A stretch of 64,000 nt of DNA from positions 54,194,846-54,258,845 of the forward strand of contig NC_068995.1 in the NCBI RefSeq assembly GCF_001194135.2, in the 5' to 3' direction. Positions 42,171 through 55,738 of the stretch are shown one piece after another (positions within the stretch are counted from its first letter, which is position 1; each line of letters begins with the position of its first letter). The translations under genes and the position numbers were made by a program. A model generated the notes under the pieces. That model was not told where the DNA came from. It did not search any database and saw only the letters and a list, made by a program, of their open reading frames with translations. This DNA is from Octopus bimaculoides. Taxonomy: Eukaryota.

Positions 42171-42692
42171 GGCACTGTCATGGTATTAGCTGTCAGAAGT
42201 GAAAGTAGAAAAATCTGACAAGGAACGTTACTGCTGGTTTGAGTTGATTCTTTGGCTACTGACAGCTAATACCATGACTGGCCGGAGCGAGCTATCTGTC
42301 TGTCTGTCTCTCTCTCTATCTATCACTCGAAAGTTATTGGAACAAATTTGACACCTATATCCATGCGTTTGAAAACACACAGAATATAAGGGTACTACTA
42401 AAGCAGAGTGGTCCCGAACGCGCAGTCGCGTGTCCGCGCTAGCTAGTCGTGAGTGGTCGATCCTATTATTTTTAAACTTCAAACTTCATTTGTTTTCTAT
42501 ATTCTACGGACACAAACAGAGGTGAACGAGTGATAGATAGATAGATAGATATATAGAGAGAGATAGTGAGATAGACAGACAGACAGATAGATAGCTCCGG
42601 CTAGTCAGTAGCCAAAGAATCAACTCAAACCAGCAGTAACGTTCCTTGTCAGTTCTACTTTCAATTCTGACAGCTAATACCATGACAGTGCC
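42171..42692. mobile_element. Non-autonomous DNA transposon (MITE), Merlin-like; 522 bp, about 160-bp inverted arms, 8-bp TSD GAATAACC
   Basis: Both ends read GGCACTGTCATGGTATTAGCTGTCAGAA inward (28 nt identical). GAATAACC flanks at 42163-42170 and 42693-42700. 5'-GG termini with an 8-bp TSD fit Merlin; hAT is not excluded. Confidence 0.85.
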
Positions 42693-43413
42693 GAATAACC
42701 AAATATTATCTATAAGGGAAATGCATATTTAATACATATTTACACCAATATACGACAGCTATTAAATTTTAATATTCAACTTTCGGAAGTAAAGAGCAGC
42801 TAATAAAGGATTTTAATTTAGAATAATGAAAAACGAAAATGAAGAAAGAAAAGATACTTTTTTTTTAACAAAAAAATTGTTTCTGGCATCTTCGTTAGTT
42901 TACGAAGCTAATAATATGCACCCAACTTTTAAAAAAAGCTAAAAGGGGAAAGTGATTACCATAAAATAATTACTTCCCACAAAGCATTTCGATATTCAGA
43001 AAGCGCAAACAATTTTAGCATATTTGTTTTAAATTTAGAAACCTTGCAATTAGCTGTAAATTCATTATTAAATGTTGTAATACTAATTAAACCCCCACAG
43101 CCCCAGTAAGCACTAAGGTGATTCTACTCTTGGAAAACATGAACGTAAAATACTGCAGTAGGTACATAATTCTTGTATCTGTTCGTTTTTACTGCAGGAC
43201 ACGTTTGTTTCATTTTCTGTGCACCTAAAACTATGGATGCATGAAGAATCATATCAATGAATGAACTGTAAAACACCGAATATATACTGATGCCATGGTT
43301 TCATATATTTGGAAATGTTGGATTAATCAAAAATATGTATGAAGTCAATAAACAAAACCTCTGACAAACGAGAAGAGATAACTATTAAGATTTTTGTGAT
43401 TTGAAGGAAATTT

Positions 43414-43470
43414 GCTGGCGCATTTAGCTGGCGCATTTAGCTGGCGCATTTAGCTGGCGCATTTAGCTGG
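43414..43470 (+). repeat. 13-bp minisatellite (GCTGGCGCATTTA)x4.4
   Basis: Four perfect units plus GCTGG. Confidence 0.95.
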
Positions 43471-44490
43471 TCGAGTGGCTGCTTATAGTGTTCCTCGTTA
43501 TATCTAACAGAAGTGGTTAAATACAGCAAATGTTAGATGCACTTTCTCATTGTTCTTCAGATTTATACATAGTTGTAGTGTCTATGAAAATTACTGAACT
43601 ATATTTTGTAGCTAGTAGACACGTATGTTTTCCCTTGAAACCAGTGCCGACGAAGTGGTAATTAGAAACGTTATGCACCAATGAACAACACGATGTTACG
43701 GTAGTTAATTCTCAAAAGCTAGTTTGTATGACTTCTCCTCAGTCAACTGTATCAAGGAGTTGATAGATTCCAGGACATTCTGGCGCGAAAGTTTTAAGTT
43801 CTTTATTTCAGTCTTATTAAGTGGTAATTGATATTTCCTCATAGAATTGATGTGGAAAATACCTTTATTCGAAAATGTCTTATTGGATTTTAAAGAAGGA
43901 GTTTTTATTCTTGTATATTGGTTTAGTCTGTAATATCAATGACCTGGCTTTTTTAGCATTCAGAAGTGATCAACGTGTTTCTAGAACTGTAATCGTAATA
44001 GATATCTGAGCATGAAACATATATTTAAGCCTCAATGCAGTGGAAAACAAAGTTGGGTTTAAAGAACTGGAGTTCTTAGATTTCTTATTCAATTCTGCAG
44101 TGCAGCCATGTGGGGAGGTGAACATCGCTTTAGTGTACATTGAAATATTATTTTGTGAATGAAATTTTGTAGCCGGAAATTGCGAAGACTCTATCAAGAA
44201 CTGATGGGAGAATGTTAGAAATACAAGTATCGAATAAAAAATATAAATACAATTCCTTTCCGCCTCGATTAATTCCCTGCACACCCTGTCGCTGAGTATT
44301 TATGTTTGCACTTGATAGATATGATTATTAAGTAGTCGGAGATAAAATAGTAGTGTTGATAATCCGCTACAAAACATAAAAATTGCATTGCACTTAGAAG
44401 GATGCGACTCAAATTGTAAATTAATAAAATAATCAAGGAATATATTCTGTAAAATAACATGAAGTGCAATAGCAGACACCAGTATCTTAC

Positions 44491-44631
44491 CTTTACGTTG
44501 AAATGATTTCGGAGCAAAGCGATCCCCGATAAATATGTACCAGTAATATAAGTGTTATACTGTAATGGATTTAGCTTCAAGTATCTTCTGGAACGGTGGT
44601 CATTGTTCGAAATGGAAGGGATCTGAATTAA
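44491..44631 (-). CDS. Candidate internal exon, 141 nt, phase 0-0 (LIQIPSISNNDHRSRRYLKLNPLQYNTYITGTYLSGIALLRNHFNVK)
   Basis: Minus-strand acceptor TATTTTTTTTTCCATCAG and donor AAG|GTAAGA. Only one frame is open over 47 codons. No homology recognised. Confidence 0.25.
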
Positions 44632-45419
44632 CTGATGGAAAAAAAAATACAACTTTTTTCCTCCAGTTCATAGCCAGTAATGTAAATGGTTTAATGAATT
44701 CGTATTACGGATTTTATTTCCTTACGTAGATGAGTGTTGTGTAATTGGAAAGAAATTAGTTTTCAATTAGAAGAGAAACCAAAATCTAGATTCGTTTCTT
44801 ACTCAATGGCGCCCGAAATGTTGTGAAGTAAAAATAAAAGAGAAAGCAACGATTAATTTAGAGCTTGTATAGCCAAGAGATATTGGTAATCAGCATGAAG
44901 CTAATTATTTACGACAACCCAATTAATAATATTTTAGCTAATAATTAGTATTTTAAGAATTTATTAAAGTGCTGAAAATAAAAAAAAAAGATATAGACAG
45001 AAACTAAAATCAAATATTGGGTCAGTACCAATTATATTGTTAAGCTAATGTTTAATTTAGGAAAGGAAAAGCAAAATACACTCTACGTTACTTTGTATAC
45101 AATTACATAATAGATGAAATGTTATCGTCGCTTTAAATTAAAGACAGTATTTGCTTATACGTATTTGGGTCTTGAGTTGTTCATCCGAAGACTATAAATG
45201 AAGGAGCCTAATATATGAATCGCTGAGTAGAAAATAGAAACCTCGACAATTCCCTCCAGTGCACTTCTATGAATTGAAAGAATATTGAATTTATTTTCAT
45301 GAATTAATTATAAAAGAACAACCGTAATGGCACCCATATATGCTCTCGAAGGTTAAAGATTAGAAGGGAGAAATTATCCCTTGAACAAAGGCATTGCATG
45401 ATTGCTTATGTGTGGATGT

Positions 45420-46526
45420 TTTAGATGAACAGAGGTAGAATTACTCGAGGCAAATGAAATGTGTGAGGCCTTTCAACAGCATTTTGCCCGACTGTTCGGG
45501 ATGTGTGGCAAGCGAGAACGCAGCGTGGACTTCAGTGCCTACCTGCACAGCCTGCCACGACTCTCATGGCGGCGGAAGTGCGAGACGCGACGGCAGAATG
45601 CTCGAGGGACAAATCGCTGGGTTTGTATGGTCTACTCTACGAGCTTTACAGTTGTATGCCTGACTTGTTTGGAGACGTCTTAACAGCAGAGTACTGCAAC
45701 TGGTAGCAAAACGGGAGCATCACCTATTTTGTGAACAGAAGAGCTGTAATGCTGCTGAAAGATCCAAACAAGGTGGCGTAATAGATAATTTTAGGCCCAT
45801 CACTCTGCTCAATGCAGACTTGGAAATTTTGGCCAAGTTGTTAGTCAAGAGGTTGGCGCTTGTCATCGAGAAACTGGTCGACAAGGCGCAAACGTGCGCC
45901 GTGCCGGGCGGGAGCATCCATGACAACCTACATCTGATGCGCTACATCATAGACAAGGTAATTAAGGAACCTGGTATGGGCGGGGTCCTGATCAACTTGG
46001 ATCAATCTAAAGCTTTCGATAGGGTAGACCATCGATACTTAGAGGCTGTCGTTATAGCGGGTGGTTTCGGTCAGGTCTTCCGCGGTTGGATAGCCGCTTT
46101 GTACAGAGGCATCCGTTCGGTAATTCGCGTAAATGGTCATCCATCAAGACCTCTCGACATTGCACGTTTGGTCCGTCAGGGATGCTCCCTCTCGTCGCTT
46201 CTATACGTATTGACTCTCGAGCCACTACTGCGGAAGCTGGCGACGCTGAGGGACATCTCGCGAGAATTGGGATGCGGGACGAGCGTGTCTGTATACGCGG
46301 ACGACGTCACCGTCATAGTGTCCAGCCAGAAGCACATCGAGCTGGTCGATGAGACAGTGAAAGACTACGAAGCAGTAACAGGAGCAAAAATCAACCGGGA
46401 TATGTCAGTGGGATTGCGGCTCGGCACCTGGATAAGCAAGCCCAGCCATCCACCAGCGCCTCTGCCGTGGGACGCTGGACCGACAGTCCGGTCGAGTTGC
46501 TCGGGGTCTGGTTTGGTACGGACATC
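45420..46526 (+). mobile_element. Non-LTR retrotransposon (Tx1/L1-like) ORF2 internal fragment covering the RT domain
   Basis: ORF 45820-46623 carries RT motifs LDQSKAFDRVDH, VRQGCSLSSLLY, YADD, GAKIN and LGTW. Upstream frameshifted pieces read FQQHFARLF, YELY and NFRPITLLNAD; downstream GRWTDSPVELLGVWFG. GC- and CpG-rich relative to the flanks. Confidence 0.92.
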
Positions 46527-47061
46527 TTACCAGCCACTTACTCTAATGTTTTTGTTTTTTCCATGGCACTATTGCCCAAGGTTCCCCTGTTTTTTTCCCG
46601 TAGGCATTTCTTTCCACGGATAGAACTAATCTGTTTTACCTTTTTACATTTTTTGCGATACACGATCCCTATTGATCGCCCCCCCCCTTTTTTACACGAT
46701 CCCTTTTGATCGGAATTCGACTGACTTTTAAAAAAAAGTTCTTCTTTTCTTCTACTTGTTCTTCCCAAAAAGAAAAGCTCTACTTTGTATCTGGTCCCCA
46801 CTGTGTTCAGCCCTGAGTGGCCAATAAAGAAACATATGTTTGTGTGTGTGTACATGCAAGCACGCACAGGTACCTCTGTGGGTAGTATAAGATGTACATT
46901 CAGGGAATCTTGTACCAAGGAGCATTTTGTATGCATTATATATAAAACCACATATTATATATTAAACACACACATACACACGCACACACACACACATGTA
47001 TAAACATATTTATTTATGTGTATATATTAAGTATATATCTATATATACATATATATATGTA

Positions 47062-47093
<32 letters not shown>

Positions 47094-49918
47094 CTATACA
47101 CACACACCTATACATATGTGTGTATGTGTGTGTGAGTGTGTGTGTCTGTGTTTGAGTGTGCGTGTGCGTGTGTGAGTGTGTGTGAGTGTGCGTGTGTGTA
47201 TTTCCATCTCCTTGGGAAAAAAAGTACGTTCGTCCTATAACTCCTTCAGCGAACGTTATAAAGAAACAGCGTGTCGATCTGATTTGTATGTTGGATATAA
47301 TGACATCTGGAGTGATTCTGTCTACACATTTTGTTTGGGTTTAGTTTTGCTGTGATAGTAAATAGAGAATTAATTATATTTATAAGAAAATGTTTATACG
47401 CGTCTCAGTTTTGTCTTATAGGAACAAATTGAAAATAGAGAAAAACATAGTATAGAGAAAGGTAAAATAAAGAAAAATTGAATGAGAAAGAACGAAAGGT
47501 AATGACCACACGCTTTTGAAGCTATTAAATATAAATGCTTGTATGAACGTTAGATGACGAGAAACCTAGAAGAAATGAGATATCGCTTCTGTCCTAAATA
47601 TATGGCAGCGCCTGTTAATGGCTTGTTTTACTATCTCCAGCTTTGATGAAGTTTTCTTTATTGAGCCTACCTAGCTTCCACTATATCTAAGAAGTTTAAT
47701 TTCACAATTCAGCTTCGATCAACATTTTAAAAATATTAGTGACTTTAGATTTGATCTGATAACGCATACACGCATATACACGCAAACACCAATCTTTCAA
47801 ACACTCCCGCACATAAACACATCCACCCGAACACACTGCCTTTGACAGCGAACATACTCCAATTATCCTTGTTCAAACATTAAAAAATAATGTATGATCA
47901 CTTGTAACGAATTTTTTTTTTCGAAAGATTTTATAACATTAAAAATAGATGAAATATACTGTAAAGTTTTAGGTTATAAAATGATGATAACGTTTTATTC
48001 AATTCTAGCACGGTTATTGATAAAAACTTTCACGTCTCGTCTTGTATTGAATTCACTAATAAACTTTTCAATCTATCTTTTAAAAAAATCTTATCTACAA
48101 ACAATTCCCCAACACAGTTTGTGTTTAAATGGAAAATAACTTTCAAAAATAGTCAATATGAATATTTTTTCTCTCGTTATAAGCGTTAAAGAAGATTTAG
48201 CTTCTATATCACGAATATAAAATATATTATCGAAAGATTATATTGTGTTTTTAATAATGTATGTTGAAAATTAGAGACAGCAAGAAGTTGCCTAAATTGA
48301 AACTTTTAAAAGAGATTCCGCTCACATCAAATGTATTTATCATCAGTTCAGTGTGTATCAATTGCCTTTATTCAACACGTGAGAGATGTGAATGTTAAGA
48401 AAACTGATATTCACCTATTTATATCTACACCATGTTCATACTTGAAGCTATATAAATCTTCTATCAAAATCGGGCAGCTCAACTGGATATGCTGTGATAC
48501 GCTTATGCAATTACAAGTGGAGATATTCATGTCTGTAAAAATGGCATTGCATCCTACAATGTTGAGGAAAAACATGCTCTAAAGCACGAACAAATAAATA
48601 AACCCCAATGTATTGCTGGTATCTATAATTTTTTCTGCATAATTTATCAATTGTAGAAAGGCAGCATATTGTACAAAGATACTTATTTTTACTCCTGTTG
48701 CTATCTCTGAATTTATTATAATTCCACCACCTCTCACTCCATCAAAAGATGTTCATTCAAATCTGAAGAGAGACATTTATCATATATCACAAACCAATCG
48801 AAACAGTTTTGTTCAAATTTCGGTTGAGAAATCATAGTGGATAATCTTACACGATATTTCGCAGCATGCTAGCGCATTCATCAACAAACACAGAGGCATA
48901 CGCAGATATAATATGCTACTATACTGAAATATGTATGGACGCTAACATAGTTACCTATACATCTATACACGAAAACAAAATACATGCACTGCTAAACACA
49001 TATTGATAAAAATGAACATAGGCATCTATCTATCTATCTGTCTGTCTATCTATCGATCACTGAGACATAAGAACTCATAAGCATACACACACTGAGACGT
49101 ACTAAGAAGCAGGCGTTTTGGCAAAAAACATTGAGGTGCACACGTAAATATAATCTCAAAGAGCCATACAGATTTCAATGTCTATATGTCCAAATTTATC
49201 AGATAAATCCATCCTCTAAACTCACCAAAAGAAAGAAGAAGAATATAAGATGGTGAATATTTTTGATGCATTAGCATGAATTTATCTCCTGCCAAAATAT
49301 CCAATTCCTGGCTTACTAAAATAGTTGTATTATGTTCTATAATCGTTAATCAGTAAAGTGCTCTTATTTGTCATTTATTTCCTTCAGACATGCGATCATA
49401 AAACGATTGCAACACACTATATTTCATATCACTAAAATAGTTATGAAATATAGTATTTTCGAACAGGAATGATGAAAGCAATTGACAAACTAGCCATTGG
49501 ACAGAAAGGCACATTTATTATATTTCAATCAGAAGAAAGTTCTATTCGCAGAATTGTTGTCTATCTACAGAGTTAACTAGAATGTATGAAACATACAACA
49601 ATATCAGGTATAAGTAATTCATGAAAAAAAACATGAATTGATAATGAAGAAAAATATCGAAATATTAAATATTAAATTTGTTATTTTTAGCATTTTTTTC
49701 AGTATGAAGATCTATCGATATAGAATATACTGGAAATCCGATATTGAAGCTCTCGTTTACGAAAGCATTTGGAATAGCCTTACTAAATGTACTGTATTGT
49801 CTCTATTCTAGCTTGCTTAAACTTTCAAATCCTACAAAGTAACAGTATTCGCTAACAATAAAAAATGAATAATCTCCAGGAGCTCCAATAAAACCTGTGA
49901 TAAAGAGAACGAATAATT

Positions 49919-49998
49919 ATGATGTTGATGATGATGATGATGACGATAATGATGCTGATAGTGGTGGTGATGATGATGATAATGCTTATGATGATGAT
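49919..49998. repeat. Imperfect (GAT)n microsatellite
   Basis: Directly visible. A similar tract lies at 57190-57290. Confidence 0.9.
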
Positions 49999-51584
49999 TT
50001 TATTTATAAGAGAGCGACTAGAACTACCCTTCCACGCAACTACCGTCGTCCGATCAGCAAAACAATAATACGTTTAGTTATTGGCCATAGATACAAATAC
50101 TTGATAATCATACAAATGTTTATTACAAAATATGTGGTGTAATTGTTGAAAACAAACATTATTGCAGACCTAAGAAATATGCCACTACCTTCGTAAGATG
50201 CCATACGCACAGCTTCGGAAACATTCTAACGAAGCACAAATTTTTCATCTGCCCTTCCTCATTGCTGCTGCATGTATCTTTACACATACTTTCCAAGTTT
50301 TTTTTGCAAAGACACTATGAATGGGATGAGAAAACATTCCATCGTTTCTGCAACTTTCATTTTCGCTTTACCTCGGGAAGGATGGCCATTTCTTTTATGA
50401 CATGATTTCCACACCTGTAGATACATGTTAACTATCGTTAACAAAATCTGAATTGTCTTCTTCATAGACCTTAACGATGTTGCTGGCACTGGCCGTTTAG
50501 TTTGTAATCGCGTCACAAGTTTATTGCGTATTTGCCAAATTACAATCCTTTCTCTGTATAACTGTTTGTTTATTTATAACTGTTCTGCATCACTCTTTCT
50601 AAGATTATTGTATTTTCAATAATTTATAGTCGCATTCGCTGCTATCACATTTATGGCTATCATCTCACTTCAATATTGCAGAGTTGACTTTTTAGGAATA
50701 AACATAAACAAAGCAAAATGGATGTTTCCAGAAATATATGTTCTCTATAAAACTGTCCAAGAAGGAAGATTGTGCTCATGCTCTTACTAACAGTGTCATG
50801 TTTTAAATATTTTGCAGCCTTTTCTGATAAATTATACCCCACAAAATACAAAACCATTTTCCCTCCAAGTATGGGTTGTACTGTTCAAAATTATCGGATG
50901 TCATGTCCTCGAAACGGTTGCATACAAAACGACATCACGTTCAACAACAGTAATAATAAAAATAAAAAGAAACAACAGCAATTACCCTCCATGGTACTAT
51001 GAACAATTAAATAATAAAAACTGCTTAGAAACAGTTAGAAATAATGGAATGAAAAAGAAATGTCCTTTAAATAGTGTGCTCATACACCTTTTATCTTGTA
51101 GTCAAAATGTATTAACTGTTAAATTAAAATGACAATATATATATATATACAAACATACGCAAAGACGCACGCATAATCGCATGCACACGCAGATACACAC
51201 AGGGACACCGCCACCGCAAATCTCATTTTCCATGGAATATTCTTTTGTCATTGGCTTTTGGTGAATGGGGGATCTCCATAATGCTGCCGTCGTGGTTTAG
51301 ATTTATCTGGGTCATTGGATAACAGGATGTCACAGTCACGTTGTTTATTGAAAACATCTACCTCTGTACCATGGAGATCTTCCAGAAGATTCGGCAAGAT
51401 ATCAAATAGCCGTGGATCTTTCTATCTGTCTGTCTGTCTGTCTGTCCCTTTGTAACTCTCTCTCTCTCTTTCTCTCTGTATATATGAAGGAATGTAGACA
51501 ACAATTTGCAGTCCCTCTGACCAACCCTTCGAGAAATTCCTTACGCTCAGGTTATATACCGAAACAGTTTTTATCCCAGTTTGT

Positions 51585-51672
51585 CATCCTCACAACGCCC
51601 GGTCTGGGAAACGAATCCGCGATCCTATGTCCGCAAGTCCGCTGCCCTAACCACTGGGCCATTGCGCCTCTA
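51585..51672 (-). mobile_element. tRNA-derived SINE head
   Basis: Reverse: GAGGCGCAATGGCCCAGTGGTTAGGGCAGCGGAC...GGATTCGTTTCCCAGACCGGGCG. A/B boxes present but no cloverleaf acceptor stem. Confidence 0.75.
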
Positions 51673-51681
51673 CACACACAT

Positions 51682-51714
<33 letters not shown>

Positions 51715-51799
51715 CTGTATTTTTAATTCGCCTGTACGGCTGTTATTCGCTTTCCACTAGTGATGGTATTTTAATAATACCATGGCTCTTACATTTACT

Positions 51800-51891
<92 letters not shown>

Positions 51892-51895
51892 TGCA
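51800..51895. repeat. Compound (AT)n-(GT)n microsatellite
   Basis: Directly visible. Confidence 0.97.
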
Positions 51896-53309
51896 TGTGT
51901 GCAATGAATGAGCACTTAGTGAAGAAATAAGAAGATTTGTTCGATAATTTTTACGTAAATGGTATCACGCAGGAAACTCATTCCTAAAATTAAAAATTAA
52001 AAGCGTTTTGAAATTCTACGTGAAATAACACGTAAATTGATCATTAATGACAAAGTGAAATGGTTACACTGCTTCCTTAAAAAATTAGGAATTCTTTTAG
52101 AAATGCATCGTTCTCAACGCTAGACCACCTAATAGCAAAATTTATAATCGAGTTACACACAACATTGACACTGTGTATGTTTATGCATATTCATTTATTA
52201 ATTTCAGATGAAAGGCTTGAATTATATTGCAGAATAGCTACCTATGATCAGAAAGGAAAATGTTTCACCCATGCGTAGTTAGAAAGATATCTTTGTTGAC
52301 AAATATGCAGATATGAAAATATTTGATGTAACACATGCGAAAGCTTGTCTGTATGTACGTGCAGAAACTGTAAAAATTTATGGTGAGACTCTTTCTCTCT
52401 GTTTCTCCTGCCCTGTTTCTGTGTGTCTCTGTCTGTTTGTGTCTGCCTCTCTCTGTTTCTACTGATCTGTCCCTCGTATAGGCTGATTCCGTAATGAGAA
52501 TATGTGTTAACAAGTATTGCCACAAAGCAGGCCAGAATATATACTCTGATCTGTATAAATGTTACATCACATATAATCATATGAAAGGGAGACAAATAAA
52601 ATAGGAACAAATTAAACGTCGATGCATTAATTGTGCAATATGGATGCATTAAGTGTGCTATAATCAAAGAAGGCTTAGAGTTACATAGAAAATTTATAGA
52701 CGATTTCAAATGTTTATTCATATAAAATGCGTTTGTTGTAAGGGATATGTTACTCGGAATGTAAGCAAAGCTTTCGTCTAATACATAGGAAATGCGCCTT
52801 GTAATCTCGTCGTCCCTGGTTCGATTGAACTAGGTGGAAATCGTGGTACATTTTCCAGTGATCTGCATCGACTCCCACCATGTGAATAAAACATATCGAG
52901 TGAGTGTGGTACTAATTCAAGTAACCAACATTTTGACACGGTAGTGCGCCGACTCTGGAAAGCTGTAAACGTTTCAGCAAAAATCACGGATATTAAGAAG
53001 TTAGTCCAATATCATTGCATTTCAGCTGTTTGAACGACCAAGATCTCATAACTTCAATTTCAAACTAACAGCTTGTAATTCTGTCAGTCCAAATACCGAA
53101 TTAAACAAATACAACTGAAACTATGCGCTTGTTTACACACATACACGCATGCGTATTTACGTATAAACAACAAATACACAGAATTATGGTTCAAATATTG
53201 CATTGTATTAGTTTTCTTTTCTACTGTAATTCATTTAATTGGGACTCTGTAACGGTTTTGCCTTTAAAGAGGAGATCAATTTGTATTGATGCCTGTAAAG
53301 GGCAAAGGA

Positions 53310-53430
53310 TGAAGTCCCCTTTTGGTCATGAATGATCGTAGCATTGCACCTAGAAAGAGGTACAAATCCGAACAAGGTTGTTTAAGGAAGACCAGCAGTC
53401 GCCCATGTATACCAGCCCCCACTCTCCACG
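53310..53430 (-). mobile_element. Fragment of the SINE family at 30540-30875
   Basis: GTCATGAATGA..ATTGCACCTAGAA..GGAAGACCAGCAGTCGCCCATG..CTCTCCACG shared with 30545-30670. Confidence 0.75.
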
Positions 53431-54864
53431 GTCTCTTGTTGAATACACGACGACCTCTAGCGTGAATTATTGTAACCAGTGTATTGCGTCATACGATCTT
53501 CTATTACTAATACGATTCCAAACATCATAAACTAATATTAGCGAAAAGTTTAACGAAAAAAGTTAAACCAAGTTTCACTATTGACATGTGTGAATGACGA
53601 GCAATTTTGAAATAATAATATTGGTATTACTTGTGTAAGGTATGCTGAAGAAACAATGAAATTGTGTAAGACGTGACTACAACTGTATTTTATGAGTTAG
53701 TTGCCAAATCTCTAACAGAAATCTTCATCTCCAAACTTGCAATAGCGTACTTCCAAACGAAGCCCTTTACTCGCAAAAAGTGCACAAGTAATTCATTATC
53801 ACGCCACTTTCAAAACTTTTACACGCGCTGTTTGCAAACGTTCTTTGATGAAAGATTTCGACTTAGTTCCTTGCTACCTGTCTATATATAATCTACTAAA
53901 TATCTCTGTAAAGCAAGCCACATTATGGTCGTTGTCCGTGCTTGAAAAAGAAGACCATTTTTTTCTTAAATCACATGGCGTCTTACAATAATATAATATA
54001 TAAGATTAATGTGGATGAATGCGTAGTATATATCAAGTGATGCTCAAAAGAAGTGTTGCATTAATATTGCCGTGTGAGCGCTCAAATGCAGCGACTCTGG
54101 GGCTAAACTAAAGCGATAAAATAAAATTGATGACTTGCAGGCTAGTTTCCACGCCACTAAAAATGTATAATGTAATACAACGCAAAAGTATTTGAAATAC
54201 CACATACTGAGTGCGCAAATATCCATTCATTTACACAAATTTGTGTTTTGCTATAACTGAAATTGTGGTGGTGGTTGTTTCTCTGCTCGTTTATATTGTC
54301 CGAGCACTAATGTCAAAGTACCCTTTGGTTTGCTGATAGTGGCCTGATTTTTCTTCTCTTCTTCGTTTGTTACTTCTATGTATGCAATGAATCAGAGTTT
54401 TATATCTATATGTGCTATGTAATTCCTTGCATAGCATAGATATGGAAATGTTTAATTCCAAAGCAAGGTATAATATATATTATAAGATGTGTCGTTTATA
54501 TCGGCTCTATTTATCTCTTTGATACTGTGAATCAATCATATTGCACTAATGCATAATTTGCGAGCATTATGCATATGATGTATTTATAATTTTTGTAGTG
54601 GTGATTGGTTATTTTTGAAGTTATATACTTTGAAAATATGATGAAGTATGGTGACATGGCAGCTCCGAATTTCTGATGATATAGAACCTATTTTTACTGG
54701 GTAAATTTAATGCAGGAAAAGTTATTGCATAGCTTGTTAAGAGTGATGTTGTATGTGAGTATAATGCAATCTGGGAATGAGATTGTTGTGGGTATAGTTT
54801 ATGGGTTTTCTCAGAAGTAACCTGTATGTTTATTGTGGGTATGTGGCTCTATTAATATTATTAA

Positions 54865-55087
54865 CTGGCAAAGCTGGCAAAAATATTAGCTCACTGGGCA
54901 AAATGCTTAGCGGTATTTCGGCTGTCTTTACGTTCTGAGTTCAAATTCCGCCAAGGTCGACTTTGCTTTTCATCCTTTCAGGGTCGATAAATTAAGTACC
55001 ATTTGCGTAGTGGGATCGCTCTAATCGACTGGCCCTCTCCTCCCCCAAATTCGGACCTTGTGCCTAAGGTAGAAAAGAATACTATTA
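54865..55087 (+). mobile_element. tRNA-derived SINE with Meta-like domain
   Basis: GTTCTGAGTTCAAATTCCGCC.AGGTCGACTTTGCTTTTCATCCTTTCAGGGTCGATAAATTAAGTACC. Further copies at 55739, 60752 and 3035. Confidence 0.85.
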
Positions 55088-55738
55088 ACTGAAGAACGGT
55101 TATGACAATGATTCATTCAAATCGTGTTTCGGAGCTTATCATTCAATGTGATGAACTTTGTGTATTTTACAAAAGATATGACCTTATTGTTTATTGGTGT
55201 ATCATGAAACAAATGTGTTGCGGAGTCAGCAGGAAACTAGGTCTGAGATACATTCTCCAACAACATTGTCACATAATTCTGCGAATCAGTTATTCACCAA
55301 TTTAATGAATGCATGATTGTGGTTTCATAGGGTTGAGTATATCAACGCGACAAAACATTTGAAATGATGCTTAAACATGTACCAGTGATGGTACATGGGA
55401 ACACCCTGACCTGTACGCTGTACGATATTCTCATTTTTACATTGTATTTTACCCGACATGTCTATGTCATGCGATATGATAAAAATATAAAGAGAGGAAC
55501 GAATATGTTCATACCGCAGGAGACATCGCGCTGCGTACACCCAGCAGCATTTTGAGCAATGAGGTTAGAAGAATGTTAAATACAAAGATCATAAAATTGT
55601 CGAGACGATAACGTCTTTCATCCCTTTGAAATCCATAAAGTAGAGCACACCGCATATTTCTGAGTCGATAGTAAAAACTAATCCCTGTTCTTCAAAATTT
55701 CTCTCTATACTACGAATCATTATTGATGCTTTACAAGT

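Noticed and set aside
43414-43470. CRISPR-like array
   Set aside because: No spacers, 13-bp unit, eukaryotic context.
36115-44631. Resemblance of ANRGLSFLK...LW to the C16orf89 family
   Set aside because: The recalled family cysteine pattern is not matched downstream, so no name is assigned.
51585-51672. tRNA gene (also 30790-30875 and 24040-24101)
   Set aside because: A/B boxes are present, but there is no complete cloverleaf and the sequence runs on into SINE body.
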